A stretch of 64,000 bases of DNA from positions 70,066-134,065 of the forward strand of contig JACROF010000012.1 in NCBI GenBank assembly GCA_016214555.1, written 5' to 3'. Made by a program: the position numbers and the translations under genes. The first letter of the stretch is position 1. Every line of letters starts with the position of its first letter. The notes below the pieces were generated by a model that worked only from the letters and a program-made list of their open reading frames with translations, did not search any database and was not told the origin of the DNA. The stretch is from Candidatus Levyibacteriota bacterium (GTDB lineage: Bacteria; Patescibacteriota; Microgenomatia; Levybacterales; UBA12049). This document shows, piece after piece, positions 18,541 to 27,826 of the stretch.

Positions 18541-19987
18541 TCTTTAGAACGTGGTTGTAATTATACATAGTCTTAAGCGGTGATGGAACATCGCCGATGT
18601 TTATTATAAATCTTGGCTTCTTCTCATCAATTGCTTTTTGTAGTTGATCTTGGTATTCCTTATTGTTTTCTACATGATAGGCTACAGTGAATTTTGTTGG
18701 CGGAAGAGTTTTGGTAAGGTAGTAAATTTGAGCACTATTTCCCCAGATGAAAAGATCATTTTCTAAAATGTTTTTGGAAGTAAGATAACTAATGATACTT
18801 CGATCCCTAACGGTATTTTTATCAAAAAATGCTTCATATTCATTAACTGATTTTTTTTCAGTAACAAAGGTAATAAAGTTACCATAATAGTCTAAGGTCT
18901 TTTTTATGCTCCAATGCCTAAAATACATAAGAGTAATTACACCAATCAGTAAGAATAAAGCAATAAATTGAGCCTTTTTTGCTTTGTCAGCATAGAAGAT
19001 TGCCCCAACGAGAAGAGAAATACTTGGTAGGAGAACAAGAAGGTAGTGTGTGTAGGGTCGCTGTGAAAAAAAGCTGTTAAATATTGAAAATACTAACCAG
19101 AGCAAAATAAACAAGAGCGGTCGTTGAATTTTTTGCCGATTTAAGAATATGACTATTACTACAATGCCTAATAAAAATAATTTGCTGATTAAAAGTCCTT
19201 GAGGGACAATGAAGACATTGTTGTGTCCAACATATCCAACGGTACTTAGAAATATTGCGGACAAGTAGTCGGATAAAGCATTATTATGTAAAAAGAAAAG
19301 AACACTTATTGCAAAGGGGATTAGGAAGCTTGCAATAAAAGTTATTAAAGGTTTGCTGTATTTAGCGATGGATGTCCACATTTTTTTTATGGAAATATTT
19401 TCTGGAAATATCATAAATAGGATAAAGAGGAAAAACGCTGCAAAATCAAATATGCCTACTATTTTATAGAGGAATGAAATGCCAAGAACTAGTCCTGGGA
19501 GAATTAGTTTTTTAGAGTCAACAGATTTGTTTTTATAGACAAGAAAGCCGGATAAGATTGAAAAGGGAAGCATGAAATTTTCTGCATTTGCTATGTTTCC
19601 TTCAAGTATTGGCAGACCAAATAGGAGGGAAAAAAATGCAGTTGATATCAGTGCTGTATTCTTATGCGGAAATATTTTTCGTGATAAAAAGTAGAGGAAA
19701 AGCACTGAGAGCAAACCATATAAGGTCGACAATAGTCTTACGAGAAATTGATCACCATTGAATATTGCATATGTATAGTATAGGAGTGGTGGTTTGTTGT
19801 CCCAGATCTGTAAATACAATATGCGTCCTTTGTTGAGCGCAAAAGCAATTGCTTCATAGATTCCTTCATCACCATACCAATAAGGTTCAAAAAGCGAGGG
19901 GAGTCTCATGAGAAAAAAAAGAGACAAAATTCCAGTTAATATCCAAAATTGGAGAGATTTTTCCAATGAATGCATGTGTGCTCTCAT
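18506..19987 (-). CDS. GT-C fold glycosyltransferase (ArnT/PMT-like, GT39/GT83 family)
   Basis: 493 aa with >10 TM helices. First extracytoplasmic loop carries YWYGDEGIYEA...DNKPPL, matching the DE/DxD plus dKPPl signature of ArnT/PMT-type lipid-linked-sugar transferases. Confidence 0.75.
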   Translation of the reverse strand: MRAHMHSLEKSLQFWILTGILSLFFLMRLPSLFEPYWYGDEGIYEAIAFALNKGRILYLQIWDNKPPLLYYTYAIFNGDQFLVRLLSTLYGLLSVLFLYFLSRKIFPHKNTALISTAFFSLLFGLPILEGNIANAENFMLPFSILSGFLVYKNKSVDSKKLILPGLVLGISFLYKIVGIFDFAAFFLFILFMIFPENISIKKMWTSIAKYSKPLITFIASFLIPFAISVLFFLHNNALSDYLSAIFLSTVGYVGHNNVFIVPQGLLISKLFLLGIVVIVIFLNRQKIQRPLLFILLWLVFSIFNSFFSQRPYTHYLLVLLPSISLLVGAIFYADKAKKAQFIALFLLIGVITLMYFRHWSIKKTLDYYGNFITFVTEKKSVNEYEAFFDKNTVRDRSIISYLTSKNILENDLFIWGNSAQIYYLTKTLPPTKFTVAYHVENNKEYQDQLQKAIDEKKPRFIINIGDVPSPLKTMYNYNHVLKIGNADIYENLH

Positions 19988-21477
19988 GCCTTTTCCGTAA
20001 CTTTATACTCCATTCGTTTCCCAAGCATGAGTTGAGTATGTGAAATAAGAGCTGGAAGTGCTGACAGAAAAAATCCTACAATTGGCATAAGCAAAAATTC
20101 AAATGGAAAAAAAACTTTTCTTCGTAAAGGAAGCTTGACATTCTCCGGGCGATTCTTGTAGTCAATAAACATCAAAGCAAAAATTGCAAGAATTGTTGAT
20201 GTTAATATGAAGCCTGCAAGACTTGGGAGTTTGTAGCCAAGATTTGTTCTCGTAAATGCAGGATTGATAAATGGCATAATATTTGCAGCGATGGTGATGA
20301 TAAACCAATTTACAGGCCAGAGGAAGTGATCAAGCAAGACATGGTATATCATAACTGTTTTTCTTACAAATGGGACACCCGGTACCGTAAACCACCACTT
20401 AAGAAAGAGGGGATCATCAGATACTCCCCACGACCAGCGTCTTTCTTGATGGTATTTATTTTTTAAGCTATTGATGTATCCGTGAGAAAAAGCAGCATCC
20501 ATTGATGTTTTAAGAAAGATTGGATCAGTCCAAGCCTTGCCTTTTAGTTTAAAAAATGCTTTAAAGAATACTCGATAATCTTCAGGGATAACGTCAGTAT
20601 CCCACCAGCCGATATCTCTAAGCATTTTAATTGAAAGTGAGTAAGTAGATTGGGTAATAAGCCTATCATGCTGAACAAGCATAGATGTCCTCCATAGACT
20701 TCCGAAGAAAGAGAGAATGCGGATTGGAGCTGGAACTTGCCAGATATTATTGTAAAAGACTGTAGCAGACTGCCAGAATTTGTGATATCTATTTGGATCG
20801 GTAACAAATTTATAGGTCAAGTAGGCAAAAAACTGTCTGTCAAACATTGAATCTACATCAACTGAGGAAATTGTTGCAAAATCGACGTCAAGGTTTCCAT
20901 CCACAAAAAGTTTTTGATATGCTTCTTTTCCGGCAAAAGACTCGTTGGAGGATTTCCCTTTTATTTCTCCAGGTGCATCAATATGGTATGTTGCAAAAAG
21001 ACTGCCAAATTTCCCTTTAAATTCACTTATTACAGTCTGGGCTTTTTCTGGAGCTTCTTTCTCTCTTTCCTCCATTGCTAGCACAATATGGAGTCGGCTA
21101 AGCGGTAAGGTCTGTCTTGTAAGATTTTCAACGGTGGATTTCATTTTGGTAACACTTTCTTTATAGCTTGGGATAATGAGGACGTGATGAACCTTGTCGT
21201 AGTTTTCTTGACTACTTGCCATTTGCAGCCAGTTTTTTTTCTCTGCCTCTTTAATTTTCCGTGCTCCTCTATATGCATTGATCACCAAGGAATAAGATTT
21301 GTAAAACCAATACGTATCAAAAAATAGTATAAAATATGCCAAAAGCGTTGGTGCAAATAATGATCCCCAAATAGGAGAAAGAATAACTGTCCAAGAGGCG
21401 AGGCCAGGGAGTAATTCAAGGAATCTTTTTGTTTTGATAGGATAGCGCGTGAATACTTTATTGAAAAAGAGAGTCAT
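19984..21477 (-). CDS. processive family-2 glycosyltransferase (cellulose/chitin-synthase-like, QxxRW motif), membrane-embedded
   Basis: TM helices at both ends and a central cytoplasmic domain with DVDSMFD (DxD), IPEDY (TED-like) and QERRWSWG (QxxRW). Internal Met at 21477 chosen as start to avoid a 62-nt overlap with tatD; the track start is 21543. Confidence 0.7.
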   Translation of the reverse strand: MTLFFNKVFTRYPIKTKRFLELLPGLASWTVILSPIWGSLFAPTLLAYFILFFDTYWFYKSYSLVINAYRGARKIKEAEKKNWLQMASSQENYDKVHHVLIIPSYKESVTKMKSTVENLTRQTLPLSRLHIVLAMEEREKEAPEKAQTVISEFKGKFGSLFATYHIDAPGEIKGKSSNESFAGKEAYQKLFVDGNLDVDFATISSVDVDSMFDRQFFAYLTYKFVTDPNRYHKFWQSATVFYNNIWQVPAPIRILSFFGSLWRTSMLVQHDRLITQSTYSLSIKMLRDIGWWDTDVIPEDYRVFFKAFFKLKGKAWTDPIFLKTSMDAAFSHGYINSLKNKYHQERRWSWGVSDDPLFLKWWFTVPGVPFVRKTVMIYHVLLDHFLWPVNWFIITIAANIMPFINPAFTRTNLGYKLPSLAGFILTSTILAIFALMFIDYKNRPENVKLPLRRKVFFPFEFLLMPIVGFFLSALPALISHTQLMLGKRMEYKVTEKA

Positions 21478-21481
21478 ATTG

Positions 21482-22288
21482 TTAGGAAAGTTTATTAAAT
21501 ATAGTATAGACGTTTTGGGTTGTTTGTTCCACAATGCGATCATAAGAAACTTCTTTAACCCCGCTTAGGAATTTTCCTATTAAAATTACATATTCAGGGA
21601 GATTTCTTTCTCCTCTATGGGGAATAGGGGTTAAGTAGGGGCTGTCTGTCTCGACTACTATCCGGTCAAGAGGGGTAAGTTTTGCCAATTCTTTCAGTTC
21701 AACTGTTTCTTTTGGAGCTAACCCTGGATAAGTGATATTTCCGTCAAAACCTATAAAAAAACCAAGATTTAGTGCTTCTTTAAGCACTTCTTTTGTACCT
21801 GCGAAACAATGAAACATTCCTGGTACGGTTTGTAAAAGATGTTTTTTTTCTTTTAGTATCATTAGTATGTCCTCTCCTGCTAGACGATTATGAATTTGAA
21901 GAGGGAGTTTGAGCTTGTGTGCTAGCTCAATTTGAGTAATAAAAACTTCCTTTTGTATTTTTGGATCAACTATCCCGTTTGATTTATAGCTAAAATAATC
22001 AAGTCCTATTTCTCCAATGCCTATTACTTTACTTTGCTTTGCAATCATTTCAAGGTCATCAATCCAGTTATTGCCGAGTTCAATTTTATCGGCATGGTGA
22101 GGATGAATGCCAACAATTGCAAAAAGTTCAGAGTATTGTTTTGCAAGATCAACGGCCAGCTTACTTGAGTCGAGCTTTGTTCCTGTGTTGATAATTCTTG
22201 TTACGCCTTTTTCTAATGCACTTTTAATGACAGCGTCATAATCAGACGAAAAAGAATGAAAATTTAGATGACAGTGAACATCGATCAT
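21482..22288 (-). CDS. tatD: TatD-family metal-dependent deoxyribonuclease
   Basis: 268 aa. MIDVHCHLNF N-terminus and conserved His/Glu/Asp positions of the TatD TIM-barrel hydrolase. Confidence 0.85.
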   Translation of the reverse strand: MIDVHCHLNFHSFSSDYDAVIKSALEKGVTRIINTGTKLDSSKLAVDLAKQYSELFAIVGIHPHHADKIELGNNWIDDLEMIAKQSKVIGIGEIGLDYFSYKSNGIVDPKIQKEVFITQIELAHKLKLPLQIHNRLAGEDILMILKEKKHLLQTVPGMFHCFAGTKEVLKEALNLGFFIGFDGNITYPGLAPKETVELKELAKLTPLDRIVVETDSPYLTPIPHRGERNLPEYVILIGKFLSGVKEVSYDRIVEQTTQNVYTIFNKLS

Positions 22289-22293
22289 ATTTG

Positions 22294-23712
22294 TTAGACA
22301 ATTCTTGGGAAAAGAGGAGATTGACTCTTAATTTCACCTGAAAATTGTTTGAGAATATTTTTTGAGGTTATAGGAAGAAAGGGTTGAATAGAGAAGGAAA
22401 TCAGTCTAATTTTTTGAATTAAGTCTTTTATTACACTTACTGCTTCTTCCCTTGGTAGGTTCCAAGGTTTTTGTTCATTCAGCAATCTATCTGCTTTAGC
22501 AATTTCTTGCCATTGTGATTCAAGTGCATTATTGAATTGAAATTTCTCCGAAAAGTTAATTACGTCTGGGTCTATTGCTAAGGGTTGATCCTCAAAAATC
22601 AATTTATTGTTCTCGGCTAGCTTGGCAACGCGAGCAACAAGATTACCAAGTCCGTTTGCAAGATCTGAGTTATAAGCCTCAACGAGTTTCTCCTCAGAAA
22701 AGTCTCCGTCTTGGAAGGGAGATATTTTTGCAAGACAATAATAACGAAGCGCATCGGCACCATATTTTTTAATCATATCAAGAGGGTTAATAACATTGCC
22801 AAGCGTCTTGGACATTTTTTGCCCATTGACCGTAAAGTACTCATGGACGAAAAGTTTTTTAGGAAGTTTTAATCCCGCGGACTGGAGAATGGCTGGCCAG
22901 TATACAGCATGAAATCTGATAATCCCCTTCCCTACCACATGAAGATTAGCTGGCCACCATTTGCTATAGGTATCTTCATCATCTCCAAATCCTATTCCTG
23001 ATTGGTAAATATTGAGAGCGTCAAACCAGACATAAATTCGTTGCTCTGGATCACCTGGAACTGGCACACCCCAATTTTTTGCCCTTCTATTGCTTCGTGA
23101 AATACTAAAATCCTCAAGACCTGTTTTAATAAAAGAAGTGACCTCATTTTTTCGAAATTCAGGAACAACTTCGTAGGTATTCGATTCGATAAGCTCAAGA
23201 AGAAAGTCTTGATATTTAGAGAGTTTAAAAAAATAGTTCTCTTCTTCAACTTCTTCCAAGGACTTACCAGGATGCTCAAAGCATTCGCCATTTTCATCTA
23301 GATCACTGCTACTTTTGAATTCTTCACAGCCGACACAGTACAGGCCTTTATAAGATTTTTTATATATGTCACCATTTTTCTCGCAAAGTTCCCAGAGTTT
23401 TTGACTTGCCTTGTGATGGCTCTGATCACTTCCTTTTTGGAATATATCGAAATGAATATTTAATGCATCTGCAAGGTCCTGAAATTCTTTTGCATGTTCA
23501 TCAATAAAGCTTTGGATATCCATCCCTGCTTTTTCAGCAGCTTGAACATTTTTTATCGCATTCTCATCTGATCCACAAAGATAGAACACATCATTGCCAA
23601 GAAGTCTTTGGTAGCGATTGACAACGTCTGACTGGATAAATTCAAGCGCATGGCCAATATGTGGCTGTGCATTTACATAAGGGATGGAATTGGTAATGTA
23701 AAACTTACTCAT
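22294..23712 (-). CDS. metG: methionyl-tRNA synthetase (short form lacking C-terminal tRNA-binding domain)
   Basis: 472 aa. PYVNAQPHIGHALE (HIGH), KMSKTLGN (KMSKS), and zinc knuckle CVGCEEF...CFEHPG. Confidence 0.9.
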   Translation of the reverse strand: MSKFYITNSIPYVNAQPHIGHALEFIQSDVVNRYQRLLGNDVFYLCGSDENAIKNVQAAEKAGMDIQSFIDEHAKEFQDLADALNIHFDIFQKGSDQSHHKASQKLWELCEKNGDIYKKSYKGLYCVGCEEFKSSSDLDENGECFEHPGKSLEEVEEENYFFKLSKYQDFLLELIESNTYEVVPEFRKNEVTSFIKTGLEDFSISRSNRRAKNWGVPVPGDPEQRIYVWFDALNIYQSGIGFGDDEDTYSKWWPANLHVVGKGIIRFHAVYWPAILQSAGLKLPKKLFVHEYFTVNGQKMSKTLGNVINPLDMIKKYGADALRYYCLAKISPFQDGDFSEEKLVEAYNSDLANGLGNLVARVAKLAENNKLIFEDQPLAIDPDVINFSEKFQFNNALESQWQEIAKADRLLNEQKPWNLPREEAVSVIKDLIQKIRLISFSIQPFLPITSKNILKQFSGEIKSQSPLFPRIV

Positions 23713-23756
23713 GGTATCTGGATTGTATCAGAGTAGTTAGCCTCAATCAACTTCAG

Positions 23757-24143
23757 CTATACGGACTTACTGGTGAAAAATAGTTCAAGAGTTAAGAGAA
23801 TGCCAACAAGAAGAATAATAAAGAGTGGATGAGTAAGGTGGAGTACACGAAACAAAAGATAGCAAAGAAGAAAAAGAGCAAAAAATATGCCATGCTTTTT
23901 GCTCTTTAGAAAATATGTTGGAAGAGAATAGCCAGCGATAAGAAGTGGAAGAGGCACTATCCAAAGTGCAGGAATTGAAAAAAAGAAAAAAGTAATCTTG
24001 TCATAAGGCGAGATGGTTATCAGAAAGAAAATGAGCAGGAGAAGAAAGATAATTCCAACAATGAGGTAAAAAATATTTCTTTTTCTCCTTCTCATAGTTG
24101 AAGCATAGAGCTTTTTTCTTACCCACGCAACGCCTCTTGACAA
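23757..24143 (-). CDS. small membrane protein, unknown function
   Basis: 128 aa, 3-4 hydrophobic helices, divergent from hrcA. No motif. Confidence 0.4.
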   Translation of the reverse strand: MSRGVAWVRKKLYASTMRRRKRNIFYLIVGIIFLLLLIFFLITISPYDKITFFFFSIPALWIVPLPLLIAGYSLPTYFLKSKKHGIFFALFLLCYLLFRVLHLTHPLFIILLVGILLTLELFFTSKSV

Positions 24144-24165
24144 AAAATAGCACTCTTGGTATTAT
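24136..24165 (+). promoter_or_regulatory. sigma70-type promoter of hrcA operon (TTGACA -18- TATTAT)
   Basis: ttgaca at 24136-24141 and tattat at 24160-24165. The -10 lies inside the CIRCE spacer, the classic arrangement for HrcA-repressed promoters. Confidence 0.45.
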
Positions 24166-24173
24166 AGTGCTAA
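24147..24173. promoter_or_regulatory. CIRCE inverted-repeat operator (HrcA binding site)
   Basis: aTAGCACTC-ttggtatta-TAGTGCTAA versus consensus TTAGCACTC-N9-GAGTGCTAA: 9-bp arms, 9-nt spacer, one mismatch per arm. Located 10 nt upstream of hrcA. Confidence 0.65.
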
Positions 24174-24182
24174 TTCAAGATT

Positions 24183-24917
24183 ATGCATAACTTGACTCAG
24201 AGACAGATTGAGATTCTCAAAGCAATTATTGAGGATTATATCGAGACAGCAGAGCCAGTTGGTTCTGAGACCCTTGAAAAGAAATACAGCCTAAGTGCTT
24301 CTCCTGCAACGATTCGAAACGAGATGGTTAGACTTTCTGAATTTGGATATCTCAAAAAACCGCATTCGTCAGCAGGACGTGTCCCAACGCCTGAAGGAAT
24401 GAAGTTTTATGTCTCACAGCTCATGAGAGAGAAAGTGCTTTCGACAGTTGAGGAGGTAGCTCTAAAGGAGAAGGTTTGGGACTATCGCGAGAGAATGCAG
24501 CGTTTCCTTAAGGAAGCAACACGATCTCTTGCTGACAAAACAGGTGCTTTAGCTGTGGCAACTTCCCAAGATGGCGATGTCTTTATTTCGGGATATTCAA
24601 ATATTTTGGAGATGCCTGAATTTTTTGACATTGACATTACGAAGACTCTTCTTTCAGCTATTGATGAGTCAGAATATTTATTTAACCTTTGTCAGAAAAT
24701 GACCCAGGAAGGTGATGAGATCAATATACTGATGGGAGAGGATTTAGGTTCACGACTTCAGGGCCCTTATAGTTTTGTTTATACTCATTATGAGACTCCT
24801 ATGCATGGCGCAGGAGAGATTGGAGTAATTGGGCCGGTTCGCTTGAATTATACAGTCGTTGTGCCTACAGTGAGGTATTTTGGAGATCTTATTGAATCAA
24901 TTGCAAAAGGTTGGTAA
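24183..24917 (+). CDS. hrcA: heat-inducible transcription repressor HrcA (short form)
   Basis: 244 aa. N-terminal winged-helix with ILKAIIEDYIETAEPVGSETL...SPATIRNEM, typical of HrcA. CIRCE element upstream. Confidence 0.85.
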   Translation: MHNLTQRQIEILKAIIEDYIETAEPVGSETLEKKYSLSASPATIRNEMVRLSEFGYLKKPHSSAGRVPTPEGMKFYVSQLMREKVLSTVEEVALKEKVWDYRERMQRFLKEATRSLADKTGALAVATSQDGDVFISGYSNILEMPEFFDIDITKTLLSAIDESEYLFNLCQKMTQEGDEINILMGEDLGSRLQGPYSFVYTHYETPMHGAGEIGVIGPVRLNYTVVVPTVRYFGDLIESIAKGW

Positions 24918-24922
24918 AAATT

Positions 24923-25402
24923 ATGTCAGATGGAAAAAGAAATAAGAAACAAGAACAGACAGTTGTAGACAAGTCAGAAGAAGTTGAAGTGATTGAAGGT
25001 CATGCCTTAGAGTGGGAGAATAAGTACAAAAGAGTGCTTGCTGACTATCAGAACCTTGAAAAAAGAGTACGAGATGAAAGATTGGAATTAGTACGATCTT
25101 CAAATAAGGAATTGCTCTTGAAATTTTTGCCTATTTTAGATACAGTATTATTAGCAAAGCAGCACGAGCAAAATCAAAATCTTACAATTATTGAGGATCA
25201 GTTCTTTAGTATTCTCAAACTGGAAGGAGTGATAAAAATTGCTACGGTCGGAGAGCATTTCGACCCCTCAACAATGGAAGTTGTTACATTAACGCAGGGA
25301 CAAGAAGGAATTGTTATACAGGAGGTACGCCCAGGCTATCTGCTATATGATAAATTGCTGCGTCCAGCACAAGTTATAGTAGGCAACGAGGACAAAAAAT
25401 AA
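24923..25402 (+). CDS. grpE: nucleotide exchange factor GrpE
   Basis: Coiled-coil N-terminal region then a C-terminal beta domain. Sits between hrcA and dnaK. ATG at 24923 preferred over the TTG at 24911. Confidence 0.85.
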   Translation: MSDGKRNKKQEQTVVDKSEEVEVIEGHALEWENKYKRVLADYQNLEKRVRDERLELVRSSNKELLLKFLPILDTVLLAKQHEQNQNLTIIEDQFFSILKLEGVIKIATVGEHFDPSTMEVVTLTQGQEGIVIQEVRPGYLLYDKLLRPAQVIVGNEDKK

Positions 25403-25484
25403 AAGTTTAAAGTGTAAAGATAAAAATTAAGATGTATGTTTTTAACTTTTCATTTTTAACTTTTTCTGAGATAGAAAGGAATAT

Positions 25485-27386
25485 ATGGGAAAAATAATTG
25501 GAATTGATTTAGGTACAACAAATTCATGCGTAGCGGTTATGGAAGGTGGCTCACCAAAGGTGATCCATTCTGCGGAAGGCCGCAATGTCATCCCTTCTGT
25601 TGTTGATCCCAAAGCACATGTTGTTGGTGATATCGCAAAGCGTCAAATGGTTTTGAAGCCAAAAGAAACAATTTTTTCTGTCAAGAGATTGATGGGAAAG
25701 AAGTTCAAAGACTCCTCTGTTGCAAATGATATGAAATGGCTTCCATATGCCGTAAAAGCCGGAAGAGATGATATGGCTGTTGTTGAAGTCGATGGTAAAT
25801 CTTATACTCCGCAGGAGATTTCAGCAATGATTTTACAGAAAATAAAATCAGATGCAGAAGCATACCTTGGAGATAAGGTAACTGAGGCAGTTATTACTGT
25901 ACCTGCTTATTTTGACGATAGTCAGCGCCAGGCTACAAAGCAGGCAGGAGAGATTGCTGGTCTTGAGGTAAAACGCATTATCAACGAGCCAACAGCAGCA
26001 GCGCTCGCATATGGATTAGATAAGAAAAATGCACATACTATTGCGGTCTACGATCTAGGTGGAGGAACATTTGATATTTCTATTTTGGAGCTTGGGGATG
26101 GTGTCTATGAGGTAAAATCAACTAATGGAGACACTCATCTTGGAGGAGATGATTTTGATCAGGTAATTATTACTTATTTGGCCGAGGAATTCAAAAAAGA
26201 AAATGCTATCGATTTGAAAAAAGACCCCCAGGCACTTCAGAGATTGAAGGAATCAGCCGAAAAAGCAAAAATAGAACTTTCATCTGCTCAGGAGGCGCAG
26301 ATCAATCAGCCATTTATCACTCAAGGACCAAATGGCCCTCTTCATTTGACGATGACTCTTACAAGAGCAAAGCTTGAGCAGCTCGTCGATGATCTTGTTC
26401 AAAAGACGCTTAAACCCGTTGAGCAGGCAATTAAAGATGCGGGTATAAAAAAGAATGAAGTTGACGAGGTTGTTATGGTTGGTGGAATGACTCGCATGCC
26501 GAAAATTGTCGAAACAGTCTCAAAATTCTTTGAAAAAGAACCAAATAAATCAGTAAATCCTGATGAAGTAGTAGCAATTGGTGCTGCTGTACAGGGAGGC
26601 GTTCTTTCAGGAGATGTTAAGGATGTGCTCCTTCTTGATGTAACTCCTTTGACGCTTGGCATTGAGACAATGGGCTCAGTTTCAACCCCTCTTATAGCAA
26701 GAAATACCACCATTCCTACATCAAAATCTCAAGTATTTTCAACCGCTGCAGATAATCAGACACAGGTAGAGATTAACGTTTTGCAAGGAGAGCGACCTAT
26801 GGCCGCAGACAATAAGTCACTTGGTCGATTTATTCTGGATGGTATTCCTCCAGCTCCTCGTGGTATGCCACAAGTTGAGGTAACATTTGATATTGATGCA
26901 AATGGCATTTTGAATGTCAAAGCTAAAGATAAAGCTACTGGAAAAGAGCAAAGTATTAAGATTACCGGTTCAACTGGGCTTTCAAAAGAGGAAGTTGAGA
27001 GAATGACTAAAGAGGCTGAGCTTCATGCTAAAGAGGATGAAGAGAAGAAAGCGCAGGTTGAAACAAGAAATCAGGCAGACTCTCTTATTTTTACCGCCGA
27101 AAAATCTCTCAAGGATGCAGGGGATAAAGTAAGCGATGATATTAAAAAAGAAGTAGAAGAAAAGATAAAAGCACTTAAAGACATCTTGGATAGTGGATCA
27201 AAGGAGGAACTTGAGACAAAGACTAAAGAGCTTTCAGATCATCTTCAAAAAATTGGTGAAGCTATGTATAAGGATCAAGTTGCATCCACTGAAGCAAATT
27301 CACCAGTGGCAAGCTCAGAGGAGAAGAAAGATGCAAAGGATAGTAATGAGCCTGTTGAAGGTGAGGTAGTCGATGGCCGAAACTAA
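25485..27386 (+). CDS. dnaK: molecular chaperone DnaK (Hsp70)
   Basis: 633 aa. [22 protein letters not shown] and VGGMTRMP Hsp70 signatures. Acidic C-terminal tail. Confidence 0.95.
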   Translation: MGKIIGIDLGTTNSCVAVMEGGSPKVIHSAEGRNVIPSVVDPKAHVVGDIAKRQMVLKPKETIFSVKRLMGKKFKDSSVANDMKWLPYAVKAGRDDMAVVEVDGKSYTPQEISAMILQKIKSDAEAYLGDKVTEAVITVPAYFDDSQRQATKQAGEIAGLEVKRIINEPTAAALAYGLDKKNAHTIAVYDLGGGTFDISILELGDGVYEVKSTNGDTHLGGDDFDQVIITYLAEEFKKENAIDLKKDPQALQRLKESAEKAKIELSSAQEAQINQPFITQGPNGPLHLTMTLTRAKLEQLVDDLVQKTLKPVEQAIKDAGIKKNEVDEVVMVGGMTRMPKIVETVSKFFEKEPNKSVNPDEVVAIGAAVQGGVLSGDVKDVLLLDVTPLTLGIETMGSVSTPLIARNTTIPTSKSQVFSTAADNQTQVEINVLQGERPMAADNKSLGRFILDGIPPAPRGMPQVEVTFDIDANGILNVKAKDKATGKEQSIKITGSTGLSKEEVERMTKEAELHAKEDEEKKAQVETRNQADSLIFTAEKSLKDAGDKVSDDIKKEVEEKIKALKDILDSGSKEELETKTKELSDHLQKIGEAMYKDQVASTEANSPVASSEEKKDAKDSNEPVEGEVVDGRN

Positions 27387-27810
27387 ACCAGAATTTGTCC
27401 AAGCTCCCTTTCGTATTGTTGAACCTCCCTCAATTGAGGATCCACTCCCTACTGCTGTTCCACCATCTGCTGATATTTTAGCGGGTAGGGTTTTTAGTTC
27501 AGAAGATCAGGCACGATTGACAGAGTTAGAAGAAAAAGTTGAAAGATTATCAAATCAAGGTCAGCCAACAATTGATATTCAGAACGAGATTGCTAGAATA
27601 CGTGGTATAGAGATGCCTTCCATAAAAAGAAAAGAGGGGCCGTTTTTAGAGGATATTATGTCCAGAGAACAAATCGAAGAAAATTTGAGAAATAACCTTC
27701 CTGCTAGTTTTAGCCCACCCCATATAAGAACTGGTCAAGAGGCTAGAGGAGATAGGAGTCCGACATGGAGAGGTCCAAGGCAAAGAGCTGTTTCAAAAAG
27801 AACAAAGTAA
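27373..27810 (+). CDS. hypothetical protein encoded between dnaK and dnaJ (likely disordered, Pro/Arg/Glu-rich)
   Basis: 145 aa ORF filling a 440-nt dnaK-dnaJ gap and overlapping the dnaK stop by 14 nt. No recognisable domain. Compositionally biased. Confidence 0.4.
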   Translation: MAETKPEFVQAPFRIVEPPSIEDPLPTAVPPSADILAGRVFSSEDQARLTELEEKVERLSNQGQPTIDIQNEIARIRGIEMPSIKRKEGPFLEDIMSREQIEENLRNNLPASFSPPHIRTGQEARGDRSPTWRGPRQRAVSKRTK

Positions 27811-27826
27811 TATTGCATGAATTACT

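Noticed and set aside
25403-25484. Direct repeat tttttaactttt x2 upstream of dnaK as a possible second regulatory element or CIRCE.
   Set aside because: It has no dyad symmetry and no match to CIRCE. It looks like AT-rich spacer with a short fortuitous repeat.
26399-26713. 104-aa antisense ORF inside dnaK. Similar antisense or alternative-frame ORFs occur inside the helicase gene (2829-3014), rpoB (60603-63802), ftsK (49971-50489), pnp (44411-46432), the glycosyltransferases and the giant gene (30691-32066).
   Set aside because: All are embedded in strongly supported, conserved CDSs on the other strand or frame, and their translations are low-complexity mirror images. No independent evidence of coding.
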